Assembly: GCF_009914755.1 (NCBI RefSeq)
Contig: NC_060933.1
Length of the DNA: 64,000 nt
From: the human T2T-CHM13v2.0 reference genome, Homo sapiens
Direction: 5' to 3' (one strand)
Under the pieces are notes generated by a model. The model worked only from the letters and a program-made list of their open reading frames with translations, searched no databases and had not been told where the DNA came from. Below are positions 1-14,400 of this stretch, piece by piece. Each line of letters begins with the position of its first letter. Position 1 is the stretch's first letter. A program made the position numbers and the translations under genes.

Positions 1-84
1 GAATGGAATGCAATGGAATGGAATCAACCCGAGTACAATGGAATGGAATGGAATGGAATGGAATGGAATGGAATGCAATGGAAT

Positions 85-99
85 GGAATCTTCCGGAAT
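85..99. promoter_or_regulatory. Canonical heat-shock-element match gGAAt-cTTCc-gGAAt (first of roughly 35-40 copies in the window)
   Basis: Exact match to nGAAnnTTCnnGAAn. The sequence match is certain; HSF1 binding at these sites is untested. Confidence 0.45.
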
Positions 100-3000
100 G
101 GAATGGAATGGAATGGAATGGAATGCAATGGATTCAACTCGATTGCAATGGAATGGAATAGAATGGAATGGAATGGAATGGAATGGAATTAAACCGAATA
201 GAATGGAATGGAATGGAATGGAACGGAACGGAACGGAACGGAACGGAACAGAGTGGAATGGAATGGAATGGAATTGTATGGAATGGAATGGAATGTTACG
301 GAATAGAATGGAATGGAAAGAATTGGAATGGAATGGAATGGAATGGAATGGAATGGAATGGAATGGAATGGAATGGAATCAACCCGAGTGCAGGGGAATG
401 TAATGGAACGGAATGCAATGGAATGGAATCATCCGGAATGGAATGGAATGGAATGGAATGGAATGGAATGGAATAAATCCGAGTGCAATGGAATGGAGTG
501 GAATGGAATGGAATGGAATGGAACAACCCGAATGGAATGGAATGTAATGGAGAGTAAGGGAGTTGAATAGAATCAATCCGAATGTAATGGAATGGAATGG
601 AACGGAATGGAATTGAATGGAATGGAATGGAATGCAATGGAATGGAATCAACCCGAGTCTAATGGAATGGAATGGAATGGAATGGAATGGAATGGAATGG
701 AATGGAATGGAATGCCTTCAAACCGAATGGAATGGAAAGGAATGAAATCAACACGAGTGGAATGGAATGGAATGGAATGGAATGGAATGGAATGGAATGA
801 TACGGAATAGAATGGAATGGAACGAAATGGAATGGAATGGAATGGAATGGAATGGAATGGAATGGAATGGTATGGAATGGAATGGAATCGTTCCGAGTGG
901 AATAGGAGGGAATGTATTCGAGTGGAATGGAAAGGAATGGAATCAACCAGAGTGGAATGGAAGGGAATGGAATGGAATGGAAACTAATAGAATGGAATCA
1001 ACCCGAGTGGAATGGAATGGAAAGGACTGGAATGGAAAGGAATGGAATGGAATGGAATGGAATGGAATGGAATCAACGCGAGTGCAGGGGAATGGAATGG
1101 AATCGAATGGAATGGAATGGAATGGAATGGAATCAACCCGAGTGCAGGGGAATGTAATGGAACGGAATGCAATGGAATGGAATCATCCGGAATGGAATGC
1201 AATGGAATGGAATGGAATCAACCCGAGTGCAATGGAATGGAGTGGAATGGAATGGAATGGAATGGAACAATCCGAATGGAATGTAATGTAATGGAGAGTA
1301 AGGGAGTTGAAAAGAATCAATCCGAATGTAATGCAATGGAACGGAATGGAATGGAATGGAATGGAATGGAATGGAATGGAATGCAATGGAATGGAATCAA
1401 CCCGAGTACAATGGAATGGAATCGAATGGAATGGAATGGAATCGAATGGAATGGAATGGAATGATACGAAATAGAATGGAATGGAACGAAATAGAATGGA
1501 ATGGAAAGGAATGGAATGGAATGGAATGGAAAGGAATGGAATCAACCCGAGTGGAATGGTATGGAATGGAATGTAATGGAATGGAATGGAATGGAATCAA
1601 ATCGAGTGGAAAGGAATGGAATGGAATGGAAAGGAATGGAATGAAATCAACTCGAGTGGAATGGAATGGAATGGAATGGATTGGAATGGATTGCAATGGA
1701 ATGAAATGGAATGGAATGGAATGGAATCAATCATTCCGAGTGGAATGGAAGGGAATGTAATGGAGTGGAAAGAAGGGAATGGAATCAAGCCGAGTGGAAT
1801 GCAAGGCAATGGAATGGAATGGAAAGGAATGGAATGGAATCAACTGGATTGCAATGGAATGGAATTGAATGGAATGGAATGGAATGGAATGGAATGGAAA
1901 GGAATGAAAAGGAATGAAATGGAATGGAATGGAGTGCAATGGAATGGAATCAACCCGAGTGCAATCGAATGGAATCGAATGGAATGGAATGCAATGGAAT
2001 GGATTCAACTTGAATGGAATGGAAAGAATGGAATCAACACGAGTGGAATGGCATGCATTGGAATGGAATGGAATGGAATCAACCCGAGTATAGGGGAATG
2101 GAATGGAATGGAATGCAATGGAATGGAATCATCCGTAATGGAATGGAAAGGAATGGAATGGAATGGAATGGAATGGAATGGAATGGAATGGAATCAACTC
2201 GATTGCAATCGAATGGAATGGAATGGAATTAACCCGAATAGAATGGAATGGAATGGAATGGAACGGAACGGAACAGAACAGAACGGAACGGAACGGAATG
2301 GAATGGAATGGAATGGAATGGAATGGAATGGAATGGAATGGAATCAACGCGAGTGCAGGGGAATGGAATGTAATGGAATGTAATGGAATGGAATCTTCCG
2401 GAATGGAATGGAATGGAATGGAATCAACCCGAGTGCAATGGAATGGAGTGGAATGGAATGGAATGGAATGGAACAACCCGAATGGAATCGAATGAAATGG
2501 AGAGTAAGGGAGTTGAATACAATCAATCCGAATGTAATGGAATGGAATGGAACGGAATGGAATTGAATGGAATGGAATGGAATGCAATGGAATGGAATCA
2601 ACCCGAGTGCAATGGAATGGAGAGGAATGGAATGGAATGGAGTGGAAACTACCCGAATGGAATGGAATGTAATGAAGTGTAAGGGAATTGAATAGAATCA
2701 ATCCGAATGGAATGGAATGGAATGGAACGGAATGGAATGGAATGGAATGGAATGGAATGGAATGCAATGGAATGGAATCAACCCGAGTGCAATCGAATGG
2801 AATCGAATGGAAGGGAATGCAATGGAATGGATTCAACTTGAATGGAATGGAAAGAATGGAATCAACACGAGTGGAATGGCATGGATTGGAATGGAATGGA
2901 ATGGAATCAACCCGAGTACAGGGGAATGGAATGGAATGGAATGCAATGGAATGGAATCATCCGTAATGGAATGGAAAGGAATGGAATGGAATGGAATGGA

Positions 3001-4430
3001 ATGGAATGGAATGGAATGGAATGGATTGGAATTAACCCGAATAAAATGGAATGGAATGGAATGGAACGGAACGGAATGGAACTGAACGGAATGGAATGGA
3101 ATGGAATGGAATGGAATGGAATGGAATGGAACGGAAAGGAATGGAATGGAATGGAATGTAATGGAATGGAATGGAATCAACGCGAGTGCAGGGGAATGGA
3201 ATGGAATGGAATGCAATGGAATGGAATCTTCCGGAATGGAATGGAATGGAATGGAATGGAATCAACCCGAGTGCAATGGAATGGAGTGGAATGGAATGGA
3301 ATGATACGGAATAGAATGGAATGGAACGAAATGGAATGGAATGGAATGGAATGGAATGGAATGGAATGGAATCGTTCCGAGTGGAATAAGAGGGAACGTA
3401 TTCGAGTGGAATGGAAAGCAATGGTATCAACCAGAGTGGAATGGAAGGGAATGGAATGGAATGGAAATTAATAGAATGGAATCAACCCGAGTGGAATGGA
3501 ATGGAAAGGACTGGAATGGAATGGAATGGAATGGAATGGAACGGAAAGGAAGGGAATGGAATGGAATAGAATGGAATGGAATGGAATCAACGCGAGTGCA
3601 GGGGAATGGAATGGAATGGAATGCAATGGAATGGAATCTTCCGGAATGGAATGGAATGGAATGGAATGGAATGGAATGGAATGGAATCCACCCGAGTGCA
3701 ATGGAATGGAGTGGAATGGAATGGAATGGAATGGAACAACCCAAATGGAATGGAATGTAATGGAGAGTAAGGGAGATGAATAGAATCAATCCGAATGTAA
3801 TGGAATGGAATGGAACGGAATGGAATTGAAAGGAAGGGAATGGAATGCAATGGAATGGAATCAACCCGAGTGCAATGGAATGGAGAGGAATGGAATGGAA
3901 TGGAATGGAAACTACCCGAATGGAATGGAATGTAATGGAGTGTAAGGGAATTGAATATAATCAATCCGAATGTAATGGAATGGAATGGAACGGAATGGAA
4001 TGGAATGGAATGGAATGGAATGGAATGCAATGGAATGGAATCAACCCGAGTGCAATCCAATGAAATCGAATGGAATGGAATGCAATGGAATGGATTCAAC
4101 TTGAATGGAATGGAAAGAATGGAATCAAAACGAGTGGAATGGCATGGATTGGAATGGAATGGAATGGAATCAACCCGAGTACACGGGAATGGAATGGAAT
4201 GGAATGCAATGGAATGGAATCATCCGTAATGGAATGGAAAGGAATGGAATGGAATGGAATGGAATGGAATAGAATCAACTCGATTGCAATCGAATGGAAT
4301 GGAATGGAATTAACCCGAATAGAATGGAATGGAATGGAATGGAACGGAACGGAACGGAATGGAATGGAATGGAATGGAATGGAACGGAACGGAACGGAGT
4401 GGAATGGAACGGAATGGAACGGAATGGAAT

Positions 4431-4600
4431 CAACGCGAGTGCAGGGGAATGGAATGGAATGAAATGCAATGGAATGGAATCTTCCGGAATGGAATGGAAT
4501 GGAATGGAATGGAATCAACGCGAGTGCAGGGGAATGGAATGGAATGGAATGCAATGGAATGGAATCTTCCGGAATGGAATGGAATGGAATGGAATGCAAT
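4431..4600 (+). repeat. 85 bp local tandem duplication
   Basis: CAACGCGAGTGCAGGGG...CTTCCGG module at 4431 and again at 4516. Confidence 0.8.
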
Positions 4601-7600
4601 GGGATGGAATGGAATAAACCCGAGTGCAATGGAATGGAGTGGAATGGAATGGAATGGAATGGAACAACCCGAATGGAATGGAATGTAATGGAGAGTAAGG
4701 GAGTTGAATAGAATCAATCCGAATGTAATGGAATGGAATGGAACGGAATGGAATTGAATGGAATGGAATGGAAAGCAATGGAATGGAATCAACCCGAGTG
4801 CAATGGAATGGAGAGGAATGGAATGGAATGGAATGGAAACTACCCGAATGGAATGGAATATAATGGAGTGTAAGGCAATTGAATAGAATCAATCCGAATG
4901 TAATGGAATGGAACGGAACGGAATGGAATGGAATGGAATGGAATGGAATGGAATGGAATGGAATGAAATCAACCCGAGTGCAATGGAATGGAATCGAATG
5001 GAATGGAATGGATTCAACCCGAATGGAATGGAAAGGTATGGAATCAACCCGAGTGGAATGGCATGGAATGGAATGGAATGGAATGGAATGGAATGGAATG
5101 GAACGGAACGGAACGGAATGGAATGGAGTGGAATGGAATGGAACGGAACGGAACGGAATGGAATGGAATGGAATGGAATGGAATGGAATGGAATCAACGC
5201 GAGTGCAGGGGAATGGAATGGAATGGAATGCAATGGAATGGAATCTTCCGGAATGGAATGGAATGAAATGCAGTGGATTCAACTCGATTGCAATGGAATG
5301 GAATAGAATGGAAAGGAATGGAATGGAATGGAATTAATCCGAATAGAATGGAATGGAATGGAATGGAACGGAATGGAACGGAATGGAATGGAATGGCATG
5401 GAATGGAATGGTATGGAATGGAATGGAATGGTACGGAATAGAATGGAATGGAACGAATTGTAATGGAATGGAATTGAATGGAATGGAATGGAATGGAATG
5501 GAATCAACGCGAGTGCAGGGGAATGTAATGGAACGGAATGCAATGGAATGGAATCATCCGGAATGGAATGGAATGGAATGGAATGGAATGGAATGGAATC
5601 AATCCGAGTGCAATGGAATGGAGTGGAATGGAATGGAATGGAATGGAACAACCCGAATGGAATGAAATGTAATGGAGAGTAAGGGAGTTGAATAGAATCA
5701 ATCCGAATGTAATGGAATGGAATGCAACGGAATGGAATGGAATGGAATGGAATGGAATGGAATGGAATGGAATGCAAAGGAATGGAATCAACCCGAGTGG
5801 AATGGCATGGAATGGAATGCAATGGATTGGAATGGAATGGAATCAACTCGAGTGGAAAGGAATGGAATGGAATGGAAAGGAATGGAATGAAGTCAACTCG
5901 AGTGGAATGGAATGGAATGGAATGGATTGGAATGGATTGCAATGGAATGAAATGGAATGGAATGGAATGGAATCAATCATGGAAGGGAATGTAATGGAGT
6001 GGAAAGAAGGGAATGGAATCAACCCGAGTGGAATGCAAGGCAATGCAATGGAATGGAAAGGAATGGAATGGAATCAACTCGATAGCAATGGAATGGAATG
6101 GAATGGAATGGAATGGAATGGAATGGAATGGAATGGAATGGAATGGAATTAACCGGAATACAATGGAATGGAATGGAATGGAACGGAATATAATGGAATG
6201 GAAGTGAATGGAATCAACACGAGTGCAGGGGAATGGAATGGAATGGAATGCAATGGAATGGAATCATCCGGAATGGAATGGAATGGAATGGAATCAACTC
6301 CATTGCAATGGAATGGAATGGAATGGAATGGAATAGAATGGAATGGAATTAACCCGAATAGAATGGAATGCAATAGAATGGAATGCAACGGAACCGAATG
6401 GAGTGGAATGGAATGGAATGGAATCAATCCGAGTGCAGGGGAATGGAATGGAAGCAATGCAATGGAATGGAATCATCCGTAATGGAATGGAATGGAATTG
6501 AATGCAAAGCAATGGAATCAACTCGATTGCAATGGAATAGAAGGGAATGGAAAGGAATACATTGGAATCAACCCGAGTCGAATGGAATGGAAAGGACTGG
6601 AATGGAGTGGAATGGAATGGAATGGAATGGAATGGAATCAACTCGATTGGAATGGAATGGAATGGAATGGAATGGAATGGAATGGAATTAACCCGAATAG
6701 AATGGAATGGAGTGGAATGGAACAGAACGGAACGGAACGGAACGGAACGGAACGGAATGGAATGGAATGGAATGGAATGGAATGGAATCAACCCGACTGC
6801 AGGGGAATGGAATGGAATGGAATGCAATGGAATGGATTCAACTTGAATGGAATGGAAAGAATGGAATCAACACGAGTGGAATGGCATGGATTGGAATGGA
6901 ATGGAATGGAATCAACCCGAGTACAGGGGAATGGAATGGAATGGAATGCAGTGGAATGGAATCATCCGTAATGGAATGGAAAGGAATGGAATGGAATGGA
7001 ATGGAATGGAATGGAATGGAATCAACTCGATTGCAATCGAATGGAATGGAATGGAATCAACCCGAGTGCAATCGAATGGAATCGAATGGAATGGAATGCA
7101 ATGGAATGGATTCAACTTGAATGGAATGGAAAGAATGGAATCAACACGAGTGGAAGGGCATGGATTGGAATGCAATGGAATGGAATCAACCCGAGTACAG
7201 GGGAATGGAATGGAATGGAATGCAATGGAATTTAATCATCCGTAATGGAATGGAAAGGAATGGAATGGAATGGAATGGAATGGAATGGAATGGAATCAAC
7301 ACGATTGCAATCGAATGGAATGGAATGGAATTAACCCGAATAGAATGGAATGGAATGGAATGGAATGGAACGGAATGGAATGGAATGGAATGGAATGGAA
7401 CGGAACGGAATGAAATGGAATGGAATGGAATGGAATGGAATGGAATGGAATCAACGCGAGTGTAGGGGAATGGAATGGAATGGAATGCAATGGAATGGAA
7501 TCTTCCGGAATGGAATGGAATGGAATGGAATGGAATGAAATGCAATGGATTCAACTTGATTGCAATGGAATGTAATAGAATGGAATGGAATGGAATGGAA

Positions 7601-8499
7601 TGGAATTAACCCGAATAGAATGGAATGGAATGGAATGGAACGGAATGGAACGGAATGGAATGCAATGGAATGGAATGGAATGGAATGGAATGGTATGGAA
7701 TGGAATGGAATGGTACGGAATAGAATGGAATGGAACGAATTGTAATGGAATGGAATTGAATGGAATGGAATGGAATGGAATGGAATCAACGCGAGTGCAG
7801 GGGAATGTAATGGAACGGAATGCAATGGAATGGAATCATCCAGAATGGAATGGAATGGAATGGAATGGAATGGAATCAACCCGAGTGCATTGGAATGGAG
7901 TGGAATGGAATGGAATGGAATGGAACAACCCGAATGGAATGGAATGTAATGGAGAGTAAGGGAGTTGAATAGAATCAATCCGAATGTAATGGAATGGAAT
8001 GCAACGGAATGGAATGGAATGGAATGCAATGGAATGCAATCAACCCGAGTTCAATGGAATGGAATGGAATGGAATGGAATGGAATGGAATGGAATGGAAT
8101 GCCTTCAAACCGAATGGAATGGAAAGGAATGGAATCAACACGAGTGGAATGGAATGGAATGGAATGGAATGGAATGATACGGAATAGAATGGAATGGAAC
8201 GAAATGGAATGGAATGGAATGGAATGGAATGGAATCGTTCCGAGTGGAATAGGAGGGAATGTATTCGAGTGGAATGGAAAGGAATGGAATCAACCAGAGT
8301 GGAATGGAAGGGAATGGAATGGAATGGAAACTAATAGAATGGAATCAACCCGAGTGGAATGGAATGGAAAGGACTGGAATGGAATGGAATGGAATGGAAT
8401 GGAATGGAATCAACTCGATTGTAATGGAATGGAATGAAATGGAATGGAATGGAATGGAATGAAATGGAATGGAATTAACCCGAATACAATGGAATGGAA

Positions 8500-11400
8500 T
8501 GGAATGGAACGGAATGGAGTGGAATGGAATGGAATCAACCCGAGTGCAGGGGAAGGGAATGGAAGCAATGCAATGGAATGGAATCATCCGGAATGGAATG
8601 GAATGGAATTGAATGCAAAGCAATGGAATCAACTCGATTGCAATGGAATAGAATGGAATGGAAAGGAATACATTGGAATCAACCCGAGTCGAATGGAATG
8701 GAAAGGACTGGAATGGAGTGGAATGGAATGGAATGGAATGGAATGGAATCAACTCGATTGGAATGGAATGGAATGGAATGGAATGGAATGGAATGGAATT
8801 AACCCGAATAGAATGGAATGGAGTGGAATGGAACGGAACGGAACGGAACGGAACGGAACGGAATGGAATGGAATGGAATGGAATGGAATGGAATGGAATC
8901 AACCCGACTGCAGGGGAATGGAATGGAATGGAATGCAATGGAATGGATTCAACTTGAATGGAATGGAAAGAATGGAATCAACACGAGTGGAATGGCATGG
9001 ATTGGAATGGAATGGAATGGAATCAACCCGAGTACAGGGGAATGGAATGGAATGGAATGCAATGGAATGGAATCATCCGTAATGGAATGGAAAGGAATGG
9101 AATGGAATGGAATGGAATGGAATCGAATGGAATGGAATGGAATCAACTCGATTGCAATCGAATGGAATGGAATGGAATCAACCCGAGTGCAATCGAATGG
9201 AATCGAATGGAATGGAATGCAATGGAATGGATTCAACTTGAATGGAATGGAAAGAATGGAATCAACACGAGTGGAAGGGCATGGATTGGAATGCAATGGA
9301 ACGGAATCAACCCGAGTACAGGGGAATGGAATGGAATGGAATGCAATGGAATTTAATCATCCGTAATGGAATGGAAAGGAATGGAATGGAATGGAATGGA
9401 ATGGAATGGAATCAACACGATTGCAATCGAATGGAATGGAATGGAATTAACCCGAATAGAATGGAATGGAATGGAATGAAATGGAACGGAACGGAATGGA
9501 ATGGAATGGAATGGAACGGAACGGAATGAAATGGAATGGAATGGAATGGAATGGAATGGAATCAACGCGAGTGTAGGGGAATGGAATGGAATGGAATGCA
9601 ATGGAATGGAATCTTCCGGAATGGAATGGAATGGAATGGAATGGAATGAAATGCAATGGATTCAACTTGATTGCAATGGAATGTAATAGAATGGAATGGA
9701 ATGGAATGGAATGGAATTAACCCGAATAGAATGGAATGGAATGGAATGGAACGGAATGGAACGGAATGGAATGCAATGGAATGGAATGGAATGGAATGGA
9801 ATGGTATGGAATGGAATGGAATGGTACGGAATAGAATGGAATGGAACGAATTGTAATGGAATGGAATTGAATGGAATGGAATGGAATGGAATGGAATCAA
9901 CGCGAGTGCAGGGGAATGTAATGGAACGGAATGCAATGGAATGGAATCATCCAGAATGGAATGGAATGGAATGGAATGGAATGGAATCAACCCGAGTGCA
10001 TTGGAATGGAGTGGAATGGAATGGAATGGAATGGAACAACCCGAATGGAATGGAATGGAATGGAGAGTAAGGGAGTTGAATAGAATCAATCCGAATGTAA
10101 TGGAATGGAATGCAACGGAATGGAATGGAATGGAATGCAATGGAATGCAATCAACCCGAGTACAATGGAATGGAATGGAATGGAATGGAATGGAATGGAA
10201 TGGAATGCCTTCAAACCGAATGGAATGGAAAGGAATGGAATCAACACGAGTGGAATGGAATGGAATGGAATGGAATGGAATGATACGGAATAGAATGGAA
10301 TGGAACGAAATGGAATGGAATGGAATGGAATGGAATGGAATCGTTCCGAGTGGAATAGGAGGGAATGTATTCGAGTGGAATGGAAAGGAATGGAATCAAC
10401 CAGAGTGGAATGGAAGGGAATGGAATGGAATGGAAACTAATAGAATGTAATCAACCCGAGTGGAATGGAATGGAAAGGACTGGAATGGAATGGAATGGAA
10501 TGGAATGGAATGGAATCAACTCGATTGTAATGGAATGGAATGAAATGGAATGGAATGGAATGGAATGAAATGGAATGGAATTAACCCGAATACAATGGAA
10601 TGGAATGGAATGGAACGGAATGGAGTGGAATGGAATGGAATCAACCCGAGTGAAGGGGAAGGGAATGGAAGCAATGCAATGGAATGGAATCATCCGGAAT
10701 GGAATGGAATGGAATTGAATGCAAAGCAATGGAATCAACTCGATTGCAATGGAATAGAATGGAATGGAAAGGAATACATTGGAATCAACCCGAGTCGAAT
10801 GGAATGGAAAGGACTGGAATGGAGTGGAATGGAATGGAATGGAATGGAATGGAATCAACTCGATTGGAATGGAATGGAATGGAATGGAATGGAATGGAAT
10901 TAACCCGAATAGAATGGAATGGAGTGGAATGGAACGGAACGGAACGGAACGGAAAGGAACGGAACGGAATGGAATGGAATGGAATGGAATGGAATGGAAT
11001 CAACCCGACTGCAGGGGAATGGAATGGAATGGAATGCAATGGAATGGATTCAACTTGAATGGAATGGAAAGAATGGAATCAACACGAGTGGAATGGCATG
11101 GATTGGAATGGAATGGAATGGAATCAACCCGAGTACAGGGGAATGGAATGGAATGGAATGCAATGGAATGGAATCATCCGTAATGGAATGGAAAGGAATG
11201 GAATGGAATGGAATGGAATGTAATGGAATGGAATGCAACGGAATGGAATGGAATGGAATGCAATGGAATGCAATCAACCCGAGTACAATGGAATGGAATG
11301 GAATGGAATGGAATGGAATGGAATGGAATGCCTTCAAACCGAATGGAATGGAAAGGAATGGAATCAACACGAATGGAATGGAATGGAATGGAATGGAATG

Positions 11401-14400
11401 GAATGGAATGGAATGATACGGAATAGAATGGAATGGAACGAAATGGAATGGAATGGAATGGAATGGAATGGAATCGTTCCGAGTGGAATAGGAGGGAATG
11501 TATTCGAGTGGAATGGAAAGGAATGGAATCAACCAGAGTGGAATGGAAGGGAATGGAATGGAATGGAAACTAATAGAATGGAATCAACCAGAGTGGAATG
11601 GAATGGAAAGGACTGGAATGGAATGGAATGGAATGGAATCAACTCGATTGTAATGGAATGGAATGGAATGGAATGGAATGGAATGGAATTAACCCGAATA
11701 CAATGGAATGGAATGGAATGGAACGGAATGGAGTGGAATGGAATGGAATCAACCAGAGTGCAGGGGAATGGAATGGAATGGAATTCCATGGAATGGAATC
11801 ATCCGGAATGGAATGGAATGGAATGAAATGCAAAGCAATGGAATCAACTCGATTGCAATGGAATGGAATGGAATGGAAAGGAATACATTGGAATCAACCC
11901 GAGTGGAATGAAATGGAAAGGACTGGAATGGAGTGGAATGGAATGGAATGGAATGGAATCAACTCGATTGGAATGGAATGGAATGGAATGGAATGGAATG
12001 GAATGGAATGGAATTAACCCGAATAGAATGGAATGGAATGGAATGGAACGGAACGGAACGGAATGGAATGGAATGGAATGGAATGGAATGGAATGGAATG
12101 GAATCAACCCGACTGCAGGGGAATGGAATGGAATGGAATGCAATGGAATAGATTCAACTTGAATGGAATGGAAAGAATGGAATCAACACGACTGGAATGG
12201 CATGGATTCGAATGGAATGGAAAGGAATGAACCCGAGTACAGGGGAATGGAATGGAATGGAATGCAATGGAATGGAATCATCCGTAATGGAATTGAAAGG
12301 AATGGAATGGAATGGAATGGAATGGAATGGAATGGAATGGAATGGAATCAACTCGATTGCAATCGAATGGATTGGAATGGAATTAACCCGAATAGAATGG
12401 AATGGAATGGAATGGAATGGAATGGAAAGGAATGGAATGGAATGGAATGGAATGGAATGGAATGGAATGGAACGGAAAGGAAGGGAATGCAATGGAATAG
12501 AATGGAATGGAATGGAATCAACGCGAGTGCAGGGGAATGGAATGGAATGGAATGCAATGGAATGGAATCTTCCGGAATGGAATGGAATGGAATGGAATGG
12601 AATCAACCCGAGTGCAATGGAATGGAGTGGAATGGAATGGAATGGAATGGAACAACCCGAATGGAATGGAATGTAATGGAGAGTAAGGGAGTTGAATAGA
12701 ATCAATCCGAATGTAATGGAATGGAATGGAACGGAATGGAATTGAATGGAATGGAATGGAATGCAATGGAATGGAATCAACCTGAGTGCAATGGAATGGA
12801 GAGGAATGGAATGGAATGGAATGGAAACTACCCGAATGAAATGGAATGTAATGGAGTGTAAGGGAATTGAATAGAATCAATCCGAATGTAATGGAATGGA
12901 ATGGAACGGAATGGAGTGGAATGGAATGGAATCAACCCGAGTGCAGGGGAAGGGAATGGAAGCAATGCAATGGAATGGAATCATCCGGAATGGAATGGAA
13001 TGGAATTGAATGCAAAGCAATGGAATCAACTCGATTGCAATGGAATAGAATGGAATGGAAAGGAATACATTGGAATCAACCCGAGTCGAATGGAATGGAA
13101 AGGACTGGAATGGAGTGGAATGGAATGGAATGGAATGGAATGGAATCAACTCGATTGGAATGGAATGGAATGGAATGGAATGGAATGGAATGGAATGGAA
13201 TTAACCCGAATAGAATGGAATGGAGTGGAATGGAACGGAACGGAACGGAACGGAACGGAACGGAATGGAATGGAATGGAATGGAATGGAATGGAATGGAA
13301 TCAACCCGACTGCAGGGGAATGGAATGGAATGGAATGCAATGGAATGGATTCAACTTGAATGGAATGGAAAGAATGGAATCAACACGAGTGGAATGGCAT
13401 GGATTGGAATGGAATGGAATGGAATCAACCCGAGTACAGGGGAATGGAATGGAATGGAATGCAATGGAATGGAATCATCCGTAATGGAATGGAAAGGAAT
13501 GGAATGGAATGGAATGGAATGGAATCGAATGGAATGGAATGGAATCAACTCGATTGCAATCGAATGGAATGGAATGGAATCAACCCGAGTGCAATCGAAT
13601 GGAATCGAATGGAATGGAATGCAATGGAATGGATTCAACTTGAATGGAATGGAAAGAATGGAATCAACACGAGTGGAAGGGCATGGATTGGAGTGCAATG
13701 GAACGGAATCAACCCGAGTACAGGGGAATGGAATGGAATGGAATGCAATGGAATTTAATCATCCGTAATGGAATGGAAAGGAATGGAATGGAATGGAATG
13801 GAATGGAATGGAATCAACACGATTGCAATCGAATGGAATGGAATGGAATTAACCCGAATAGAATGGAATGGAATGGAATGGAATGGAACGGAACGGAATG
13901 GAATGGAATGGAATGGAACGGAACGGAATGAAATGGAATGGAATGGAATGGAATGGAATGGAATCAACGCGAGTGTAGGGGAATGGAATGGAATGGAATG
14001 CAATGGAATGGAATCTTCCGGAATGGAATGGAATGGAATGGAATGGAATGAAATGCAATGGATTCAACTTGATTGCAATGGAATGTAATAGAATGGAATG
14101 GAATGGAATGGAATGGAATTAACCCGAATAGAATGGAATGGAATGGAATGGAACGGAATGGAACGGAATGGAATGCAATGGAATGGAATGGAATGGAATG
14201 GAATGGTATGGAATGGAATGGAATGGTACGGAATAGAATGGAATGGAACGAATTGTAATGGAATGGAATTGAATGGAATGGAATGGAATGGAATGGAATC
14301 AACGCGAGTGCAGGGGAATGTAATGGAACGGAATGCAATGGAATGGAATCATCCAGAATGGAATGGAATGGAATGGAATGGAATGGAATCAACCCGAGTG

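Noticed and set aside
390-570. G-quadruplex potential at GCAGGGG and GTAAGGGAG motifs
   Set aside because: G-tracts of 3 or more are isolated and usually over 100 bp apart, so there is no canonical four-tract motif.
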